NCBI RefSeq assembly: GCF_018350175.1
Contig: NC_058368.1
Span: forward strand, 22,384,001-22,448,000
Reading direction: 5' to 3'
From: Felis catus
Taxonomy: Eukaryota
DNA length: 64,000 nt
Position numbers and translations under genes: made by a program. The notes beneath the pieces were generated by a model. That model saw nothing but the letters and a program-made list of their open reading frames with translations, was not told the DNA's origin and ran no database searches. Below, piece by piece: positions 49,440 to 62,979 of this stretch (its first letter is position 1; each line of letters starts with the position of its first letter).

Positions 49440-50760
49440 AGAGCCCAGCTGGAGCTCCTATCTAGGCCAAACTACCCGCTGCACGAAGACCTAATCCCCT
49501 CAATCCTGCTCCAGGATATTACTCCAGAAATCTCCACCTTCCCTCATGCATCATCAATTTTCCCCTTTTCACTGGATCATTCTCATTAGCATGCAAAGAA
49601 GTTTGTGTCTTCCATCAAAATAATGCTCCCGCAACCTCCACATCCCCTCCAACTACATTTCTCTGCTCCCATTTTCAGCAACTATTCGGCAGAGTTGTCT
49701 CCACTCACTGTCTCCATTTCCCCGTCTTCCATTCTTTTTTTAATCCATCTCAGTCAGGATTTTGCCCCATGACTTCCACTGGAACAGTTCTTGTAAAGAC
49801 CATTCGTGACCAATAAATTGCCAAACCTGAAGACCAATTAATTCTCAGTCCTTATTTTACTTCTCTTTCCAGCAACATTTGGAAATAATGCTACCTCCTC
49901 CTTGAAACAGTTTTTAGTGGCTTCTAGCAGACCATTTCTTGGTTCCCTTATTCAACACCTCCCCTTGAATGACTAATGGGCATTTTACACTGAACATGTA
50001 CAAAACTTAACTTCTTATTTCAACACTCAATTTTGGTCTTTCTCCATCCTTCTGGTTGCTCAGGCTCCAAACATGAAGTCATCTTTAAGTCTTTCTTCAT
50101 CTCATACCTCACATCGAGTCTATCAGTAAATCCAGTTGGTGCCCTCTTCCAGACAAATTCAGAATTTGACCACTTCGTTACCTCAACTTCTGTCACTCTG
50201 GTCTAAACCACCAAGAGCCCTTTCCTGGTTGTTGCAAGTTTCCCCTAACTGGCCTTCCTACTATTACTCTTGCCACCTCCCCACAGCCCCTTGTTCCAGT
50301 CTATTCTCAACACGGTAGTTTTTAAAACCTAAAGTTTCTTTTAAAATCTAAGTCAGGCTATATCTTTTCTCTTCTCAAAATCCCCCAGTGGCTTCCCATC
50401 TTCTTCAGAGTAAAAGTCACTGGCCCTTGTTACCTCTTCGACCTTATCTCCTACAGCTCTTTCACTAAATTACTCCCCTCCCATTCTTGCTGGTCTCCTG
50501 ATTGTTCCTTGACTTTAACAAGCCCATTTTTGCCTCAGGACCTTTGCATCTACTGTTCTTTGCTTGGAATGTTTTTCCACCTTCCAACAGCCCTTTGGCG
50601 TACTTTCTCAGCCCTTCAGCTATCTGCTCAAATGTCACATTGTCAAAGAGATCTTCCTTCTTAACCTCTTCTAAAATAGACACTCTTCCTTCACTTTTGT
50701 ACAGTGCTTTATATTTGTTTGTAGCATTCTTACACATTATTTTCTATATTCTCTGACTTT
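49440..50760 (+). mobile_element. L2 LINE remnant
   Basis: TCAATTTTCCCCTTTTCACTGGATCATTCTCATTAGCAT; CTCAGTCCTTATTTTAC; TGCCTCAGGACCTTTGCATCTACTGTTCTTTGCTTGGAATG. Confidence 0.8.
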
Positions 50761-52754
50761 CCCTTCTACTGTGACTTTGTTTTTCAAGTTACATATTGTA
50801 TGCTTTACAATTATTTATTGAATGGTTAAAATGATTCCCTTTAGAGAGGGAAACGACATTGCAAAGACTGTTGAAGTCCTTCTGGATGCAGTATCTAGGA
50901 AAAAACCAGTCTTTGTGGACCAAGCTTATCCAGCTGTGACCAGGGATTAGGAATCCATCAAAAAGAACTAAGAGCATCAGGCCAAAAAAGAAGTGGGCTG
51001 ACCAAGTGGTAGTAAAATAGGTTAAAGCTAAACTAACCCAGTGGAAATCTGACGAACCTCACGCCAGCCTGTCTGTCCTTTGTGTGTTGGGTGTGGCTTC
51101 TGAGAGTCCTTTCTGCAGAGTTAGTGTTCTCCTGCTGTGACTAAGGGTCTTTGATTGATAGTAGCATTGTTTATGGACTTGGCTGTACAGTGCAGGTGAA
51201 ATGGAGTTGAGTTGGGCCCAAGCATAATCTTCCATATTCCTCTGGTGATGAGATAAAGGATCAGCAAGCAGAGAGAGAGAAGGACAAATTCTTCTTATCA
51301 AATAAATGTGTTGAACCATCTGTCTCTGTTTGTAAACATTTCAGTGCCATATCTGGGTGCCTTGTAGAATGATGAAATTTTGTTGTAATTTGATAGTTTA
51401 AGGCAATTAATATTTATTGAGTTAAGTAATTAGATCTAGACTGGATATTACGAGAGGAGGGATCTAATCAATCAAAATCAGTAAATATTGTCTTGAACAA
51501 GGCAATATGGCAAGTGTCTTAAAAGACTGAAGTAGGGCCTGGGTCATTTATTCATATAGTCATTGGGTGTCCACTGTGAGGCCACATCTGTGTAAGGCCA
51601 ACTGTGGACTTTCTGTGTTTCTGGTACATGGATCCTTGAAAATGGTAGAAGTGTCATAATTATTTTTGAAAAACATTTTTTCAGTACCCCCTGCTGGTAA
51701 GAAGTCTGTTAAACATTGAAGCGCATCTCTGCAGTGGAGAGTGGTTCTCTCTCAGAGATTTTGTATTCTTAAGTAGGTAGATCATTGCTCAAAAACTTTC
51801 TTGTTTCTTTCTAATTCTTTTAGAAATCTAACCACATACCTTTTTGACCTACCAGTAACCATTTAATGTATTTTTCAGAGACGTCAATAGGATTTCTAGA
51901 GATTCTACCAAGGTCTTTCTTTACTAAGGCTGTTAATAAATAATCAAAGTAACAACATAAGCAAACCACATCTCTAGCTCATTCCACTCCCAGAGAAAGA
52001 TTTAAGAAAATACAGGATAGATAAAAATCTCATCTGGTAAGGCAAAGAAAAAATTGAGTCGTCAAGCAGGGGAGTAGCTAAGTTTGACCTGAATTCAAAA
52101 AAACATATACCCTCTGGGTAGACCAATTAGAAAAAAAAAGACACCTTTCCTCTGAGGCTGATAGAGCTCTGACTAGAGCACACAGTTTAGTGAGTGGAAC
52201 CACACCTGGATTTGTACCCTTTTCTATCCTGTCTGGGCTCTGTTGAGATCCCCGTGGCTGGGTGCTGTCACATTGTGCTGGGATGTTTGAGTAGAGCTAG
52301 AGAAATCTCTGGATAGTAAGCAGATAGTAAGTTGCAAGTTGAAGTTCCTTTGCCACACTTCTCTCCTAGAGAACAGCGTACCCAGAGTGGGGAAACTTCA
52401 AGTTTAGGTCCTCCAAGTGTTCAACATGTGATGCAGTGATTGAGGGAGTAAAATGAGTGCTTTGTTCTTAACACTGCATCCAAATAAGGATGTCAGTTAC
52501 TCTCTCCTCTTAATCCTTCTTACCATGTCTTTCCAGTAAACTCCTTCATTCGGTGCCCCACCGCATTGGTTAAGTGTTATAGCCTGTGATTCCTAATCCC
52601 CCCCCCCTTTCCTTATAGTTCTGAATAAGTAGATTTCAATTGACGAACACATGGTTTACTGACTACTACACACTGGATGAGGATGAGGCTCTTTGCAACC
52701 CCATCCATGGGAACAGGTGCCCTCCAGTGTCGTATTCAGAATATCAAGATGTGT

Positions 52755-52935
52755 TTGACCTAAGAGCCAGGGTTCTTGAGAAGACACACTTGAATTCAAA
52801 TTTCAGGTTTTCCTCTTACTAACTGCGTGACCTTGGAAAGTTGCTTAGTTGGGCAACTGGAGCCTCATTTTCTTCAATATGAAGATTAAATAAAAATGTG
52901 TAAGAAAGTGCTTGAGCCCAGCAAGCCTTCAAACA
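52755..52935 (+). mobile_element. MIR SINE
   Basis: CTTACTAACTGCGTGACCTTGGAAAGTTGCTTA...GAGCCTCATTTTCTTCA. Confidence 0.65.
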
Positions 52936-53001
52936 TTAGAAGCTCTTGCTAGCATCATAATTTTTTCTAAAACTACCTTTTGCTTGGCAGATCTTGCCAG
53001 T

Positions 53002-53665
53002 TGTGGTATGCTGTTATATTGTGATTTATAATGAGAACTATGTAGTTGGTCTTCCTCCCCATTTCTGGCACAGAGTTCCTAACATCCTTGGAATTTCCTA
53101 AGTGTTGAGAACAGCAAAAATGTTATATTTTATGTTAATGAGGTGACTTTGGACCCCACCTAAGGATGGGGGCTGGTTGCCAGGAGGACCAACCCTGTGA
53201 TTAGAGGGTTAGAACTCTCAGTCCCACTCTCTGACCTCCAACCTCCTGGGAGGATAAAGGGGCTGGAGACTGAGTTCAACCACCAATGGCCAATGATTAC
53301 CTCAACCATGTCTATACAATGAAGCTTCCATAAAACCCCAAAAAGACAGGGTTTGAAGAGCTTCCAGTTGGTGAACATGGAAGTAGAGGTGCTGGGAGAG
53401 TGAATCAACAGGACTGTGAAAGCTCCTCCCTCATTCCCCATGCCTTCTCTGTGTATCTGTACAGGCTGATTATTCCAAGTTGTATCCTTTTATAATAAAC
53501 TGGTAATCTCTGAGTTCTACGAGCTGCTCTGGCAAATTAATGGACCTGAGGAGGGGGGGGGTTCTTAGGAACCTCCAATCTGTAATTGGTCCACCAGAAG
53601 CCCTGGTAACAACCTGGGCTTGCAACTGGCATCTGAAGTGCATGGGGGCAGGGCAGTCTCATAGA
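53002..53665 (+). mobile_element. ERVL solo LTR, MER21-like
   Basis: TTCTGGCACAGAGTTCCTAA, GGATGGGGGCTGGTTGCCAG...TGATTAGAGGGTTAGAACT, CACCAATGGCCAATGATT, GGGCTTGCAACTGGCATCTGAAGTG. Confidence 0.82.
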
Positions 53666-54234
53666 CAATCAGCTTACATTTGCAGACCATTTTTCATTTA
53701 AAAGTTATTTATATTCTGAAGTTTTGTCCACTCCTCAAATCCTCTTTAGAAAAAGCTGGAGCATAAATACATATTCACCAGGAACCCCTATGGACCTGCT
53801 GACTCTTGGAGTCCTGGAATGAAGTCAAGATGACAGTTTGTTCAGCTCATAGATCCGTAGGGATGCACGATGGCCTTGTGGGTAGGATGCCATTACGGGA
53901 ACAGCACTGTAACAAACCCAGCTCAAATAAGTGAAAATTTCCTTCTTTTATTGCAATATTTTCATATTTTCTTCTTAGATTCTTCTCTCCCTCCCACCCC
54001 TCTTCATTACCATAACACATATAAAAGGAAAATCCTGAGACAAAACCATTTAAGAAGGAAATAAACTTATTTACAAAGAAACTCATAAAGAAGGTTCTAA
54101 AAGAACCAGCTTATTAAATTAAAAAAAACAATTATTAAAGGAAAGAAGCTACAATATACGCCTCACAGACTGTTTAGACTTGACGATAGGAACATTTCTT
54201 TCATGATTATCATAGCAACAAAGTTGTGATGTAT

Positions 54235-54878
54235 TATGGTGGTGGTGGAGGCATGTCATTCAGATCTACCTTCAAGAGAAAACTTATTTTTTTTTAAATG
54301 TTTATTTATCTTTGAGAGAGAGAGAGAGATAAAGGCAGGGAGAGGCGGGGAGAAAGAATCCCCAGCAGGTCCTGCACTGTCAGCACAGAGCCTGATGTGG
54401 AGCTCGAACCCACAAACTATGAGATCATGACCTGAGTGGAAATCAAGAGTCGGTGGCCCAACCAACTGAGCAACCCAGGTGCCCCAAGAGAAACCTTACT
54501 ATGAAAAAAGGTATTAGCTAAGAGCCTCCAGCTTTGCCACCTTTGGGATCTGCGGCAGCATTTCTACCGAATTCAGGTTCTTCTTGGCTTGCTCCTAGCC
54601 AATGCCTAAGCACAGTTGTGAAATAGAGTCTGGTCACTTTTCTCAAGAGCATTCTTTTCTCTGGAGCTCCCTGTTGGCCCAGCTGAGACTTCCCCAAAGC
54701 TGTACTAAGCTAAGGCTCTTTCTTCACAATACTCCCTGCTTCCTCCTTTTCTTTTACAGTGTCTCTCAGCCTCATCCTGCTCCCTTGCCCCCTAATCCTT
54801 CACAAGCATCTCCTCCAATAAATATTTGCATCTCTAATTCTGTCTTAACATCTGCTTCCCTGAAAACTCAAACTAAAA
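54235..54878 (+). mobile_element. ERVL solo LTR, LTR16A-like (interrupted by a SINE)
   Basis: CAGATCTACCTTCAAGAG...CTAGCCAATG...GGAGCTCCCTGTTGGCCCAGCTGAGAC...CCAATAAATATTTGCATCTCTAATTCTGTCTT. Confidence 0.7.
54287..54485 (-). mobile_element. CanSINE with TSD
   Basis: Flanks CAAGAGAAA(A/C)CTTA. Confidence 0.93.
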
Positions 54879-55222
54879 TTGATGGCCTTTAGATATCAGC
54901 AAAATGTCAGAGCTGAGATTTTTGCTGAGAAAAATAAAATGTTAACATCACCATTTTTTTTTTTTAAAGGGCTTACGTTTTCGTTTATTTTGGTGGTTAG
55001 ACCTGGATAATGTGATCCACTCTTTTATTTTGGCTTTATCTCAGGTCCCAAAGTGTTTTATTTATTTCTCCTCTGACTATAGCTTGTGCTGAGCATACTT
55101 AAGCATAAAGGCATGATGGCACAGTGTAGTGTCACGTCTCCTTTCACTCAAATTGCAAAAGGTGTGATGAGCAGACAGTAGAGAAAACCTGCCGGGTCAG
55201 TACTATTTGTCTTGAAAGTCTT

Positions 55223-55702
55223 TGTGGTAGGCAGAAAAAAATAGGCCCTCAAAGATGTCCTGTCTTAATCCCTGAAACCTGTGGATGTTACCTTACATGG
55301 TAAATGAGACTTTACAGATGTGAGTAAATCAAGGATCCTAGGCTGAAGAGATATCCTGGGTTATCCAGATGGGTCAGTGTACTCACCAGGATTTTATTAG
55401 AGAGAAGTAGGAGGGTCAATCAGAGAGGGAGAGAGATTTGGAGGTGCTGTGCTGGTGATTTTGGGGATAGAGAAGGGCCACAGCCAAGGGATTCAGGGAG
55501 CTTCTAGAAGTAGAAAAAAGACGAGGAAATAGATTCTCCTCTAGATCCTCTAGAATGAATGCAGGCCCTGCCAACACCTTTTCAGCATAATGAGAGTGAT
55601 GCCTGACCTTTGACCTCCAGAACTTCAAGATCATAAATTTATATTGTTTTGAGCCACTAAGTTTGTGGCAATGTGTTATTGCAGCAATAGGAAACTAACA
55701 CA
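55223..55702 (+). mobile_element. MaLR solo LTR, MLT1D-like
   Basis: TGTGGTAGGCAGAA...AAAGATGTCC...GTTACCTTACATGGTAAA...GCAGCAATAGGAAACTAACACA (TG...CA ends). Confidence 0.9.
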
Positions 55703-55844
55703 ATTTCATTCAGAATTGTAATTTTATCTTCTTTGGCACATTCTGACATTCAGCATTTACCCATGGACTCTGAAATTTTTCATGACAAAGGTATTGCTTG
55801 GGTCCATCTCTGTCATCTCATTTATTGACTCAAAAATATCAGTG

Positions 55845-56390
55845 TGCCATAGTGATTAAGAATCAGACCCAAGAACCAGGTTTGAACCTAGGTGCTGTCA
55901 CTTATCAGCTCTGCGATCCTAGGCAAGTTACTTAACTTCCCTGGATTTCAATTCCCCATCTTCAAATTACAAAAAGGGTCAGTGATACGGCCTGTGGCCC
56001 AAACCAATCCTGTTGCCTATTTTTAGAAGCAAAGTTTAATTGGAACACAGCCATGTCATTTATTTACATATCATCTATGGTTGCTTGGTAGCACAACAGT
56101 AGAGTAGTTACAACAGGGACAAAGCCTGAAATATTTACTACCTTGGGTGATGGGCATTAAGGAGGGCACTTGACTCCTACTCCTGAAACCAATATTGCCC
56201 TGTATGTGAGCTAACTAGGATTTAAATTAAAATTTTAAAAAAGTAAATAACATATTTACTATCTTACCTTTACAGAAAAAGTTTGAAGACTCATAAAATA
56301 GGATAATAATATCTCCTTTCTGGAATTTTTATAAGAATAAACAAAGTGTTTAAGCGTTCTTGACACATAACCAATACTAGCTATTACTTT
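55845..56390 (+). mobile_element. MIR split by a MER58A-like MITE (~55973-56293)
   Basis: MIR core CCTAGGCAAGTTACTTAACTTC...; MER58 AAAGTTTAATTGGAACACAGCCATG...CCTTTACAGAAAAAGTTTG. Confidence 0.7.
56141..56251 (+). mobile_element. Very short carnivore L1 3' end with TSD
   Basis: TGGGTGATGGGCATTAAGGAGGGCACTTG...CTACTCCTGAAACCAATATTGCCCTGTATGT...; TSD ATATTTACTA (56131-56140, 56252-56261). Confidence 0.8.
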
Positions 56391-56432
56391 TATCAGTAAT
56401 TTATTATTATCATTATTATTATTAGTCATTTC

Positions 56433-56659
56433 TTTCTTTTAAAAAGTTTATTTATTTATTTTGAGAGAGAGAGAGAGAGCACGAGCACATGTGTGAGTGG
56501 GATAGGGGCAGAGAGAGAGAGAGGGAGAGAGAGAATCCCAAGCAGGCTCCATGCTCAGTGCAGAGCATGACGTGAGGCTAGATCTCAGAAACTGTGAGAT
56601 GATGACCTGAGCTGAAATCAAGAGTTGGACTCTCAACCAGTTGAGCTACCCAGATGCCC
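56433..56659 (-). mobile_element. CanSINE with TSD
   Basis: Flanks TTATTAGTCATTTC. Confidence 0.93.
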
Positions 56660-57941
56660 TTGTTATTAGTCATTTCAATACCAACTATATACTAGGCATT
56701 GCAAACCCCCACTATCTCTGCTGTCACTGTCAAGAGACCCCTACCCCTTCTTGAGCCTGAACTACAGGGCTTCTTTGGAGCTCTCTTGGTCCATGCCAGT
56801 ACCCACATCTAGATTTGGGGCTACCTTGAGTCCAGGCCAGAGGAGACTGGAGGTGGGGGTGCGGGGGAAATAGTACACTCACTATAAGTCTAATGGTATT
56901 TTCAAATCTATCTCCTTCCGTAATCTGCCTACTACTATTTACTTTACAGAATCCTCAAATTGCTGCCCCCTGCATACCAAAGCTGTATTTACTCTGAAAG
57001 ACGGATAGCGTGCTTACTCTATCTTACCTGGAACTGGAACCTCTTAATACAGTTTAATATTACAAATTTCAAGGCAGGATGCTTGGGGATTATAGAGATT
57101 ATACTATGGGATATAGGGATTACACCATGGGATTATAAAAAAAAATAATAATGTGACTTGGCCCCCGCCTTAAACAAGCTTGGTTGAAAGTAGGTCAAAA
57201 ATATCCCACATGTCAGAGTTTGGTCTGTTTCTTCTATGTATATTTGGAGGGAGGGCAAAGAGCAGATTGTGATCTCAGCCAAATGGGTCTGGTGGAAAGC
57301 AGGTTAAAGCAGGGACAAGAAAGGTTGGGGCAACAGAAGTGGCAGGGAGGTTGTCTTTAGAAGGTCTTCAGAATTGTCCAGGTACATTGAGGAAGGTTTA
57401 GGGCTCTAGTCCCAGATCTGAAGATGGTGTCCTGAAATATTGAGTTATAGGTATGCATTAGCACAGGAGAAATTCATGAAATGGTGGACGGCTTGGGAGT
57501 CAGGCAGTCTGTGTGGTACAATTCAGGAAGATCTGTTTATAGGCTGTAGCACATTAGACAGGGGGTAGGATCCAGTCCCCAAGAGACTTGTGGCTTAATG
57601 TCATGCCTTCAACCAAGAATCAGGTAAAGTATGAGGCAGGGCAAGAAGCTGTTAAAAAAGGGGAGGGCTTTGGTTAGGAAATCTAGTCTTTTGGACAAAT
57701 TTACACTGGTGGTAGGGAATACTACACATTGGGAAGCGACATAAAGAACAGGGATTATGCCAGCCTGATTAGCAAGAAAGAAGACAGGCTGAGGAGACCT
57801 GAGGTACCTCACAGTACTGACTGGACCACCCATTCTCAAGAAGATTATTTAAATTTGAGCCCTATCAACAGAACTATGATTCTCAAAATTAATGCGCACA
57901 GAAATCATTTGGGTATCTGCTTTTCAAAAATGTAGACTCCT

Positions 57942-58092
57942 AGGGCACCTGGGTGGCTCAGTAATTTGAGTGTCTGACTTAGGGTTGTGTCATGATCTCC
58001 TAAGTTGGAGCCCCACATTGGGCTCACTGCTGTCAGCACAAAGCCGGCTTCAGATCTGCTGTCCCCCTCTCCCTCTACCCCTCCCCCAGTTG

Positions 58093-58126
<34 letters not shown>

Positions 58127-58156
58127 AATAAAATAAAACATTTAAAAAAATAAAAT
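57942..58156 (+). mobile_element. CanSINE inserted in a MER5-like MITE (~57878-58265)
   Basis: Perfect TSD AAAAATGTAGACTCCT (57926-57941, 58157-58172). Confidence 0.93.
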
Positions 58157-59274
58157 AAAAATGTAGACTCCTGGAACCTACCATCCTGATTACTCCATTT
58201 GGGGCAAGGCCTAAAAATCTGCACTTTTAGCAGAAGATTCTGCATGGCTGATCCATAGACCAGGCAATGAGTTTTCCCTCTCTGTTAGGATTGGCTGATG
58301 CATCTGCACTGCTGGTGAGGCTTGCCAGCATGGTAATCTGTGATGAGCAAGTGACTGGAGGGATGAGAAATGGAGCTGCACGGGGTGATTGCATATCTAT
58401 TCAAGGATGTTGGGATTTTGAGCTTGCTTTTTCCCCACTCATCACACTCCTTCCCCCAAGAGCTTGCATTGTCCAGGCCATCGCCCAAAGAGAGATAAAG
58501 TACTGCTTACTAACAGGGGAATAAGCACCAAATACTCTCCAAAACAGAGTTTTCCAGTAAAAAGCTGTATTTTCGAATGTGGCTTAGGCTGGGAAGCTCC
58601 AACAAAGCTTTTGATTCATTTCTTCTTGACAATAGAAAGACGGTGTCTGTGGCTATCTAAAATAGAAAAGAATAGACCTGAGAGAGAGAGGTCTTGCTCC
58701 AGAGGCAAGCCTTGCAGGCTAGCTTACACCACAGGAGCAGCAAGGGAAGAAGGAGGGCACGGCTGTGTCTTTTATGAGGCATAGCAAGCTTGCCCTGTAG
58801 TAAAACATAGCCCAATCAGTATTCAGTCTCTAATCAGATTGGCAATGCTCCTTTCTTTTGGGGAGGAGTTTATAATGATACTCTGGAGAGAAGAACAAGA
58901 AGTGTTATTGGACACTCCTTCATCTATGGGAGAAATTTGACTTCCCAAAAGGGATGAAATTTTGTATGTTAGAATGGAGACACTCCAAAGGATATTAACT
59001 CATGTTAATACTTCTTGGACCTATGGCAGTAAGCATGTAAGTGAATGTCCTTTGGGCAACTTTGAACAGAGTCCAAAGCTTCACCTCTAATACCGTGCTT
59101 GCTACAGGAAATTATTACAATGAATAAGAGAATGACAAAACACATCCCCTGATCAGCTTTCTCGAAAGCCCTTAGGTGGCTTTAATGTGCCCTCTGTAAG
59201 TCTCCTCAGAGACAGATGTAAAACCCTTAAGCCTTTCTGGAGCTCCCTTGGCCAAATCTGAAACACTTTGAAAA

Positions 59275-60340
59275 ACAAAATAAGTAATGACAATAACAAC
59301 AAAATAATAAATAACCCATAGCGTAAAATAAATATCCAAGAGTCCATATTAATGTAAATAAATAACTAAATAATAATGATGAGAGAAAGGACTATACTTC
59401 CTAATAGTGGAATGCCAATTTAAAACTGTGGAATGAATGGTGGAAATAGAAAAATCACTCTCTGGAAAATACAACCATAATAGTTGCTACAGGTGCCATC
59501 AATGGATGCCAAAACTAGTGTTTGAAGATATCATGAGAAACAGGTATTTGTATAGTTTTAAAATATATCCCCACCAAGATATTATTAATTATAAAGGGAA
59601 AATAGTAACCTTAAATTTAAAAAGGTATTTTAATGTTTATTTATTTTTGAGAGAGAGAGGGAGAAAGAGAGAGAGCATGTGTGGGAGGGGCAGAGACAAG
59701 GGGGACAGAGGATCCAAGGGGCTCAAACTCATGCACCATGAGATCAAGCCCGGAACTGAAGTGGGACACTTAACTGACTGAGCAACCCAGGTACCAGGGG
59801 AAAATAGTAAATTTATAGAGTAGAAACCTGGCAGACATCCCTTCAATCAAGGGACCAAAATCAACCTCACCATGATAAAACAGATATCACATACCCCCTA
59901 ATGTGATGCATTGAGATGGTTGAACTTCTGTGGTGTTTTTGCCAAAAATGCATAACCTCAACTAATCATGAGGAAAAAAATTAGACAAATTGTAACTGAG
60001 AGATATTCTACAAAATAATTGGCCTGTACTGTTCATAAAAGACCGAGTAGCTATTCCAAACTGAAAAGACTAGGAGACAGGACATTTAAATATAATGTGG
60101 ATCCTGGGTTGGATCCTGGACCAGAAAAACAACATTAATGGAACAACTGGTGACATTCACATAAGATCTACAGATTACTTAGCTTTATTGTATCAATGTT
60201 AATTTTCTGGATTTAACAATTGTACTGTGATTACATAAGATAATACGATTAGGAGAAAAGGAATGAAAGGGATAGGCACTACATGTAGGATTTTTGCAAC
60301 ATTTTTGTAAGTCTGAAATTGTTTCAAAATAAAACGTTAG
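59275..60340 (+). mobile_element. L1MC-like 3' region (interrupted by a SINE)
   Basis: AATATCCAAGAGTCCATA...GTAGAAACCTGGCAGACA...CCAAAAATGCATAACCTCAACTAATCATGAG...TTGTAAGTCTGAAATTGTTTCAAAATAAAA. Confidence 0.8.
59613..59795 (-). mobile_element. CanSINE with internal deletion
   Basis: Flanks GGGAAAATAGTAA. Confidence 0.88.
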
Positions 60341-61329
60341 ACAAGAAAGAGCCCTTGTAAATTCAAGGAAGGTATTCCTTCAACCTTTAGGTTCACACAG
60401 TGAAATAAGCCAGAAATTATGCAGAAGATAAAATTTGGTACATGACATTAAATATTTTATAGCGTATATTAAATATATGATTCCTAATTGACTAAATATA
60501 GTTTTTAGGTCTGCTTTAACAAAAAGTTAGACATTGAACATTTGATTAGGAATTTAGTACCCGAATATCACTTTGCATCTGGGGAAAAATCATTTTCAGC
60601 TTACATAATTTTGACTTATGGCACCTTTTCTAGTAAAGCAACCCTCCACAAAAGCAAATGGTCCACAAATGAATCACATTTAGCAGAGATGAAATAGATT
60701 GATAGAATCTGACTTTCAGGGAGGCATTCTTACCTTCTTGATTTTTTTTCCTGATTACAAATTACCATTAATTTAAATGGAAAACTTTAATTGCAGCTAA
60801 AGTGTTGTCATCATTCTCAAGCACTTTTTTATTTTTATTTTTTGGCATCTATCCTTATTCAAGAATGCAGTGAGTAAAAATAATAGAAAAGAAGGACGAG
60901 GCCTAATTCAATTCTGGATTCTGAAAAGAACTTTCAATCCCAAAGTCTCAGAATCAATAGGGATATTCTTTGGGAAAATACGTTCCCTGGAAGAACAGTT
61001 TTGTTCATTCAGAAGCCTGTATTACAGAGCCAAGGAAGATATATGGAAACATGCATGACTCTCCTAAAGGAAATAAAGTTGAGTGAAGATGTGATTCCTG
61101 TCCAATTTGGGTGATGGATGTATTCCCACCTGCTCTGCTGTAGAATACCAGTAGATTTTGGAAAGAACAGAGACTTTAGTACTTGAGAATAAGAACAGAA
61201 AATGGTGTGATATTTAGCGTGATAGTCAGTATATGTGGTGGTGTAAGTCACCTATGGGGACTCCGGTGAATATGTGGATTTTGTAAAAATCCTGGATACT
61301 TTTCTTTGGCAACACTAAAGATGGGTAGA

Positions 61330-61525
61330 AGCTAACATTCCTATAGTGCTTGCTACGTGCCAGGCTCTGCACTACGTACTTCCCAGTTAACTCATGTAAT
61401 CATTGCAACATTCCTCTGAGGTAGATACTAATGGTAATTCCCACTTTCCAGATGAAGAAACTGAAGCACCGGGGCAAATATGGGCAGTCTGGCTCCAGAG
61501 TTATGCTTTTAACCACTACACCATA
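61330..61525 (-). mobile_element. MIR SINE
   Basis: TACGTGCCAGGCTCTG...CCCACTTTCCAGATGAAGAAACTGAAGCAC. Confidence 0.7.
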
Positions 61526-61801
61526 TTCAGTGTAGTTCATGGTTTGCTTCCTTACAAGTATTATGTTCACTTTTCTCTTCTGGCCACGTGCTATCAATTT
61601 TCTGTTGGTTCTGGATATAAAGTATTTATAGCTAACATTTCATAAACACTACATATAAGTTAAGTCATTTAATTCCCACCACAAATGTGTGAATTTTAAT
61701 GTCTCCATTTTGCAAACTGAGGTTAAATAACAGTCTTAGGTCACAAAGCTTAATAATAATTAGCCAAGGATATGAATCACTATTAGAAAGCCACTGAGGC
61801 A

Positions 61802-61990
61802 GGCGCCTGGGTCACTCAGTCGATTAAGAGTCTGACTCTTGATTTTGGCTCAGGTTTTGGGGTTCATGGCATTGAACCCTGCATCTGACAGCACAGAACT
61901 TGCTTAGGATTCTCTCTTTCCCTCTTTTTCTGCTCCTTCCCTGCTCACGCACACACTCTCTCACAATAAATAAGTAAACATTTGGGGGAA
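61802..61990 (+). mobile_element. CanSINE with TSD
   Basis: Flanks AAAGCCACTGAGGCAG (61787-61802, 61991-62006). Confidence 0.9.
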
Positions 61991-62745
61991 AAAGCCACTG
62001 AGGCAGAACTTCTGTTCTCAAACATTGTGCTCTGTGCTAACTTTGGGCAGACTGCTACCTGCTCCCCACCCATTTTTCCTCTCCTTCTTCCATATTGTGG
62101 AGTTTTTGGTGAATACAAGGCTATTCTTCTTGGACTTCCTTTTCTAGATGCCCTTGAAACTAGATGTGGACTTGCAACTGAGCTCTAACCGAGGCCATGC
62201 AAGCAGAGGAGATGTCTGCAACTTCTATCAAAAGTTGCTTGCCCTGGACTTGCCTTGTTCCTGTGAGGGAGAGCAGACCTGCCAAGCTGGCACAAATTTG
62301 CCAGACTGTGCTACCAAATTCCGTCTAATCAAGGATAAGTCATGGTCCTTAAACAACTACTCCTGCCTACCCCATCTGAATATTCTGATGACAGAAATGT
62401 TTCCTGCATTCTGACAAAGATTTTTGTTATTGTTGTCATAGCACCTTAACTTCTACCATAATGGTTCAATAACCGTGTACTAGAACCAAATATAATTTTC
62501 CAAGTGGTCACTTATTAATCCAAGATCTAGGCATCCTGAGGACAACTATTGCTTAGAGATATTCTAGGTTCAATTGTTTGTGAACAGAAATAATGCTATT
62601 CTTTTGACTGTGATTTCCCAATGATCTGTGTAACTTTTATCATGCATCGATTAAAAATAATGTGGCAGAATACCACTTAATGACACAGAAGGAAGATGTT
62701 CAAGATATATATATTTTTTGATCATAAGACTTCTGAGTAGACTTT

Positions 62746-62952
62746 ATTATTTTTTGTTTTTTTAACATTTATTCATTTTTGAGAGACAAAGTGTGAGTGG
62801 GGGAGGGGTAGAGAACGAGGGAGACACAGAATTTGAAGCAGGTTCTACACTCTGTCAACACAGAGCCCAACGTGGGGCTCCAACTGACAGACCACAAGAT
62901 CATGACCTGAGCTGAAGTTGGACGCTTAACCGACTGAGCCACCCAGGTGCCC
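62746..62952 (-). mobile_element. CanSINE with TSD
   Basis: TSD TCTGAGTAGACTTT (62732-62745, 62953-62966). Confidence 0.95.
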
Positions 62953-62979
62953 TCTGAGTAGACTTTTTTTCATGATTTT

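Noticed and set aside
52640..52822. ORF with protein-like composition (…FTDYYTLDEDEALCNPIHG…)
   Set aside because: TTG start, 3' part runs into a MIR, no recognised homology or clear splice context.
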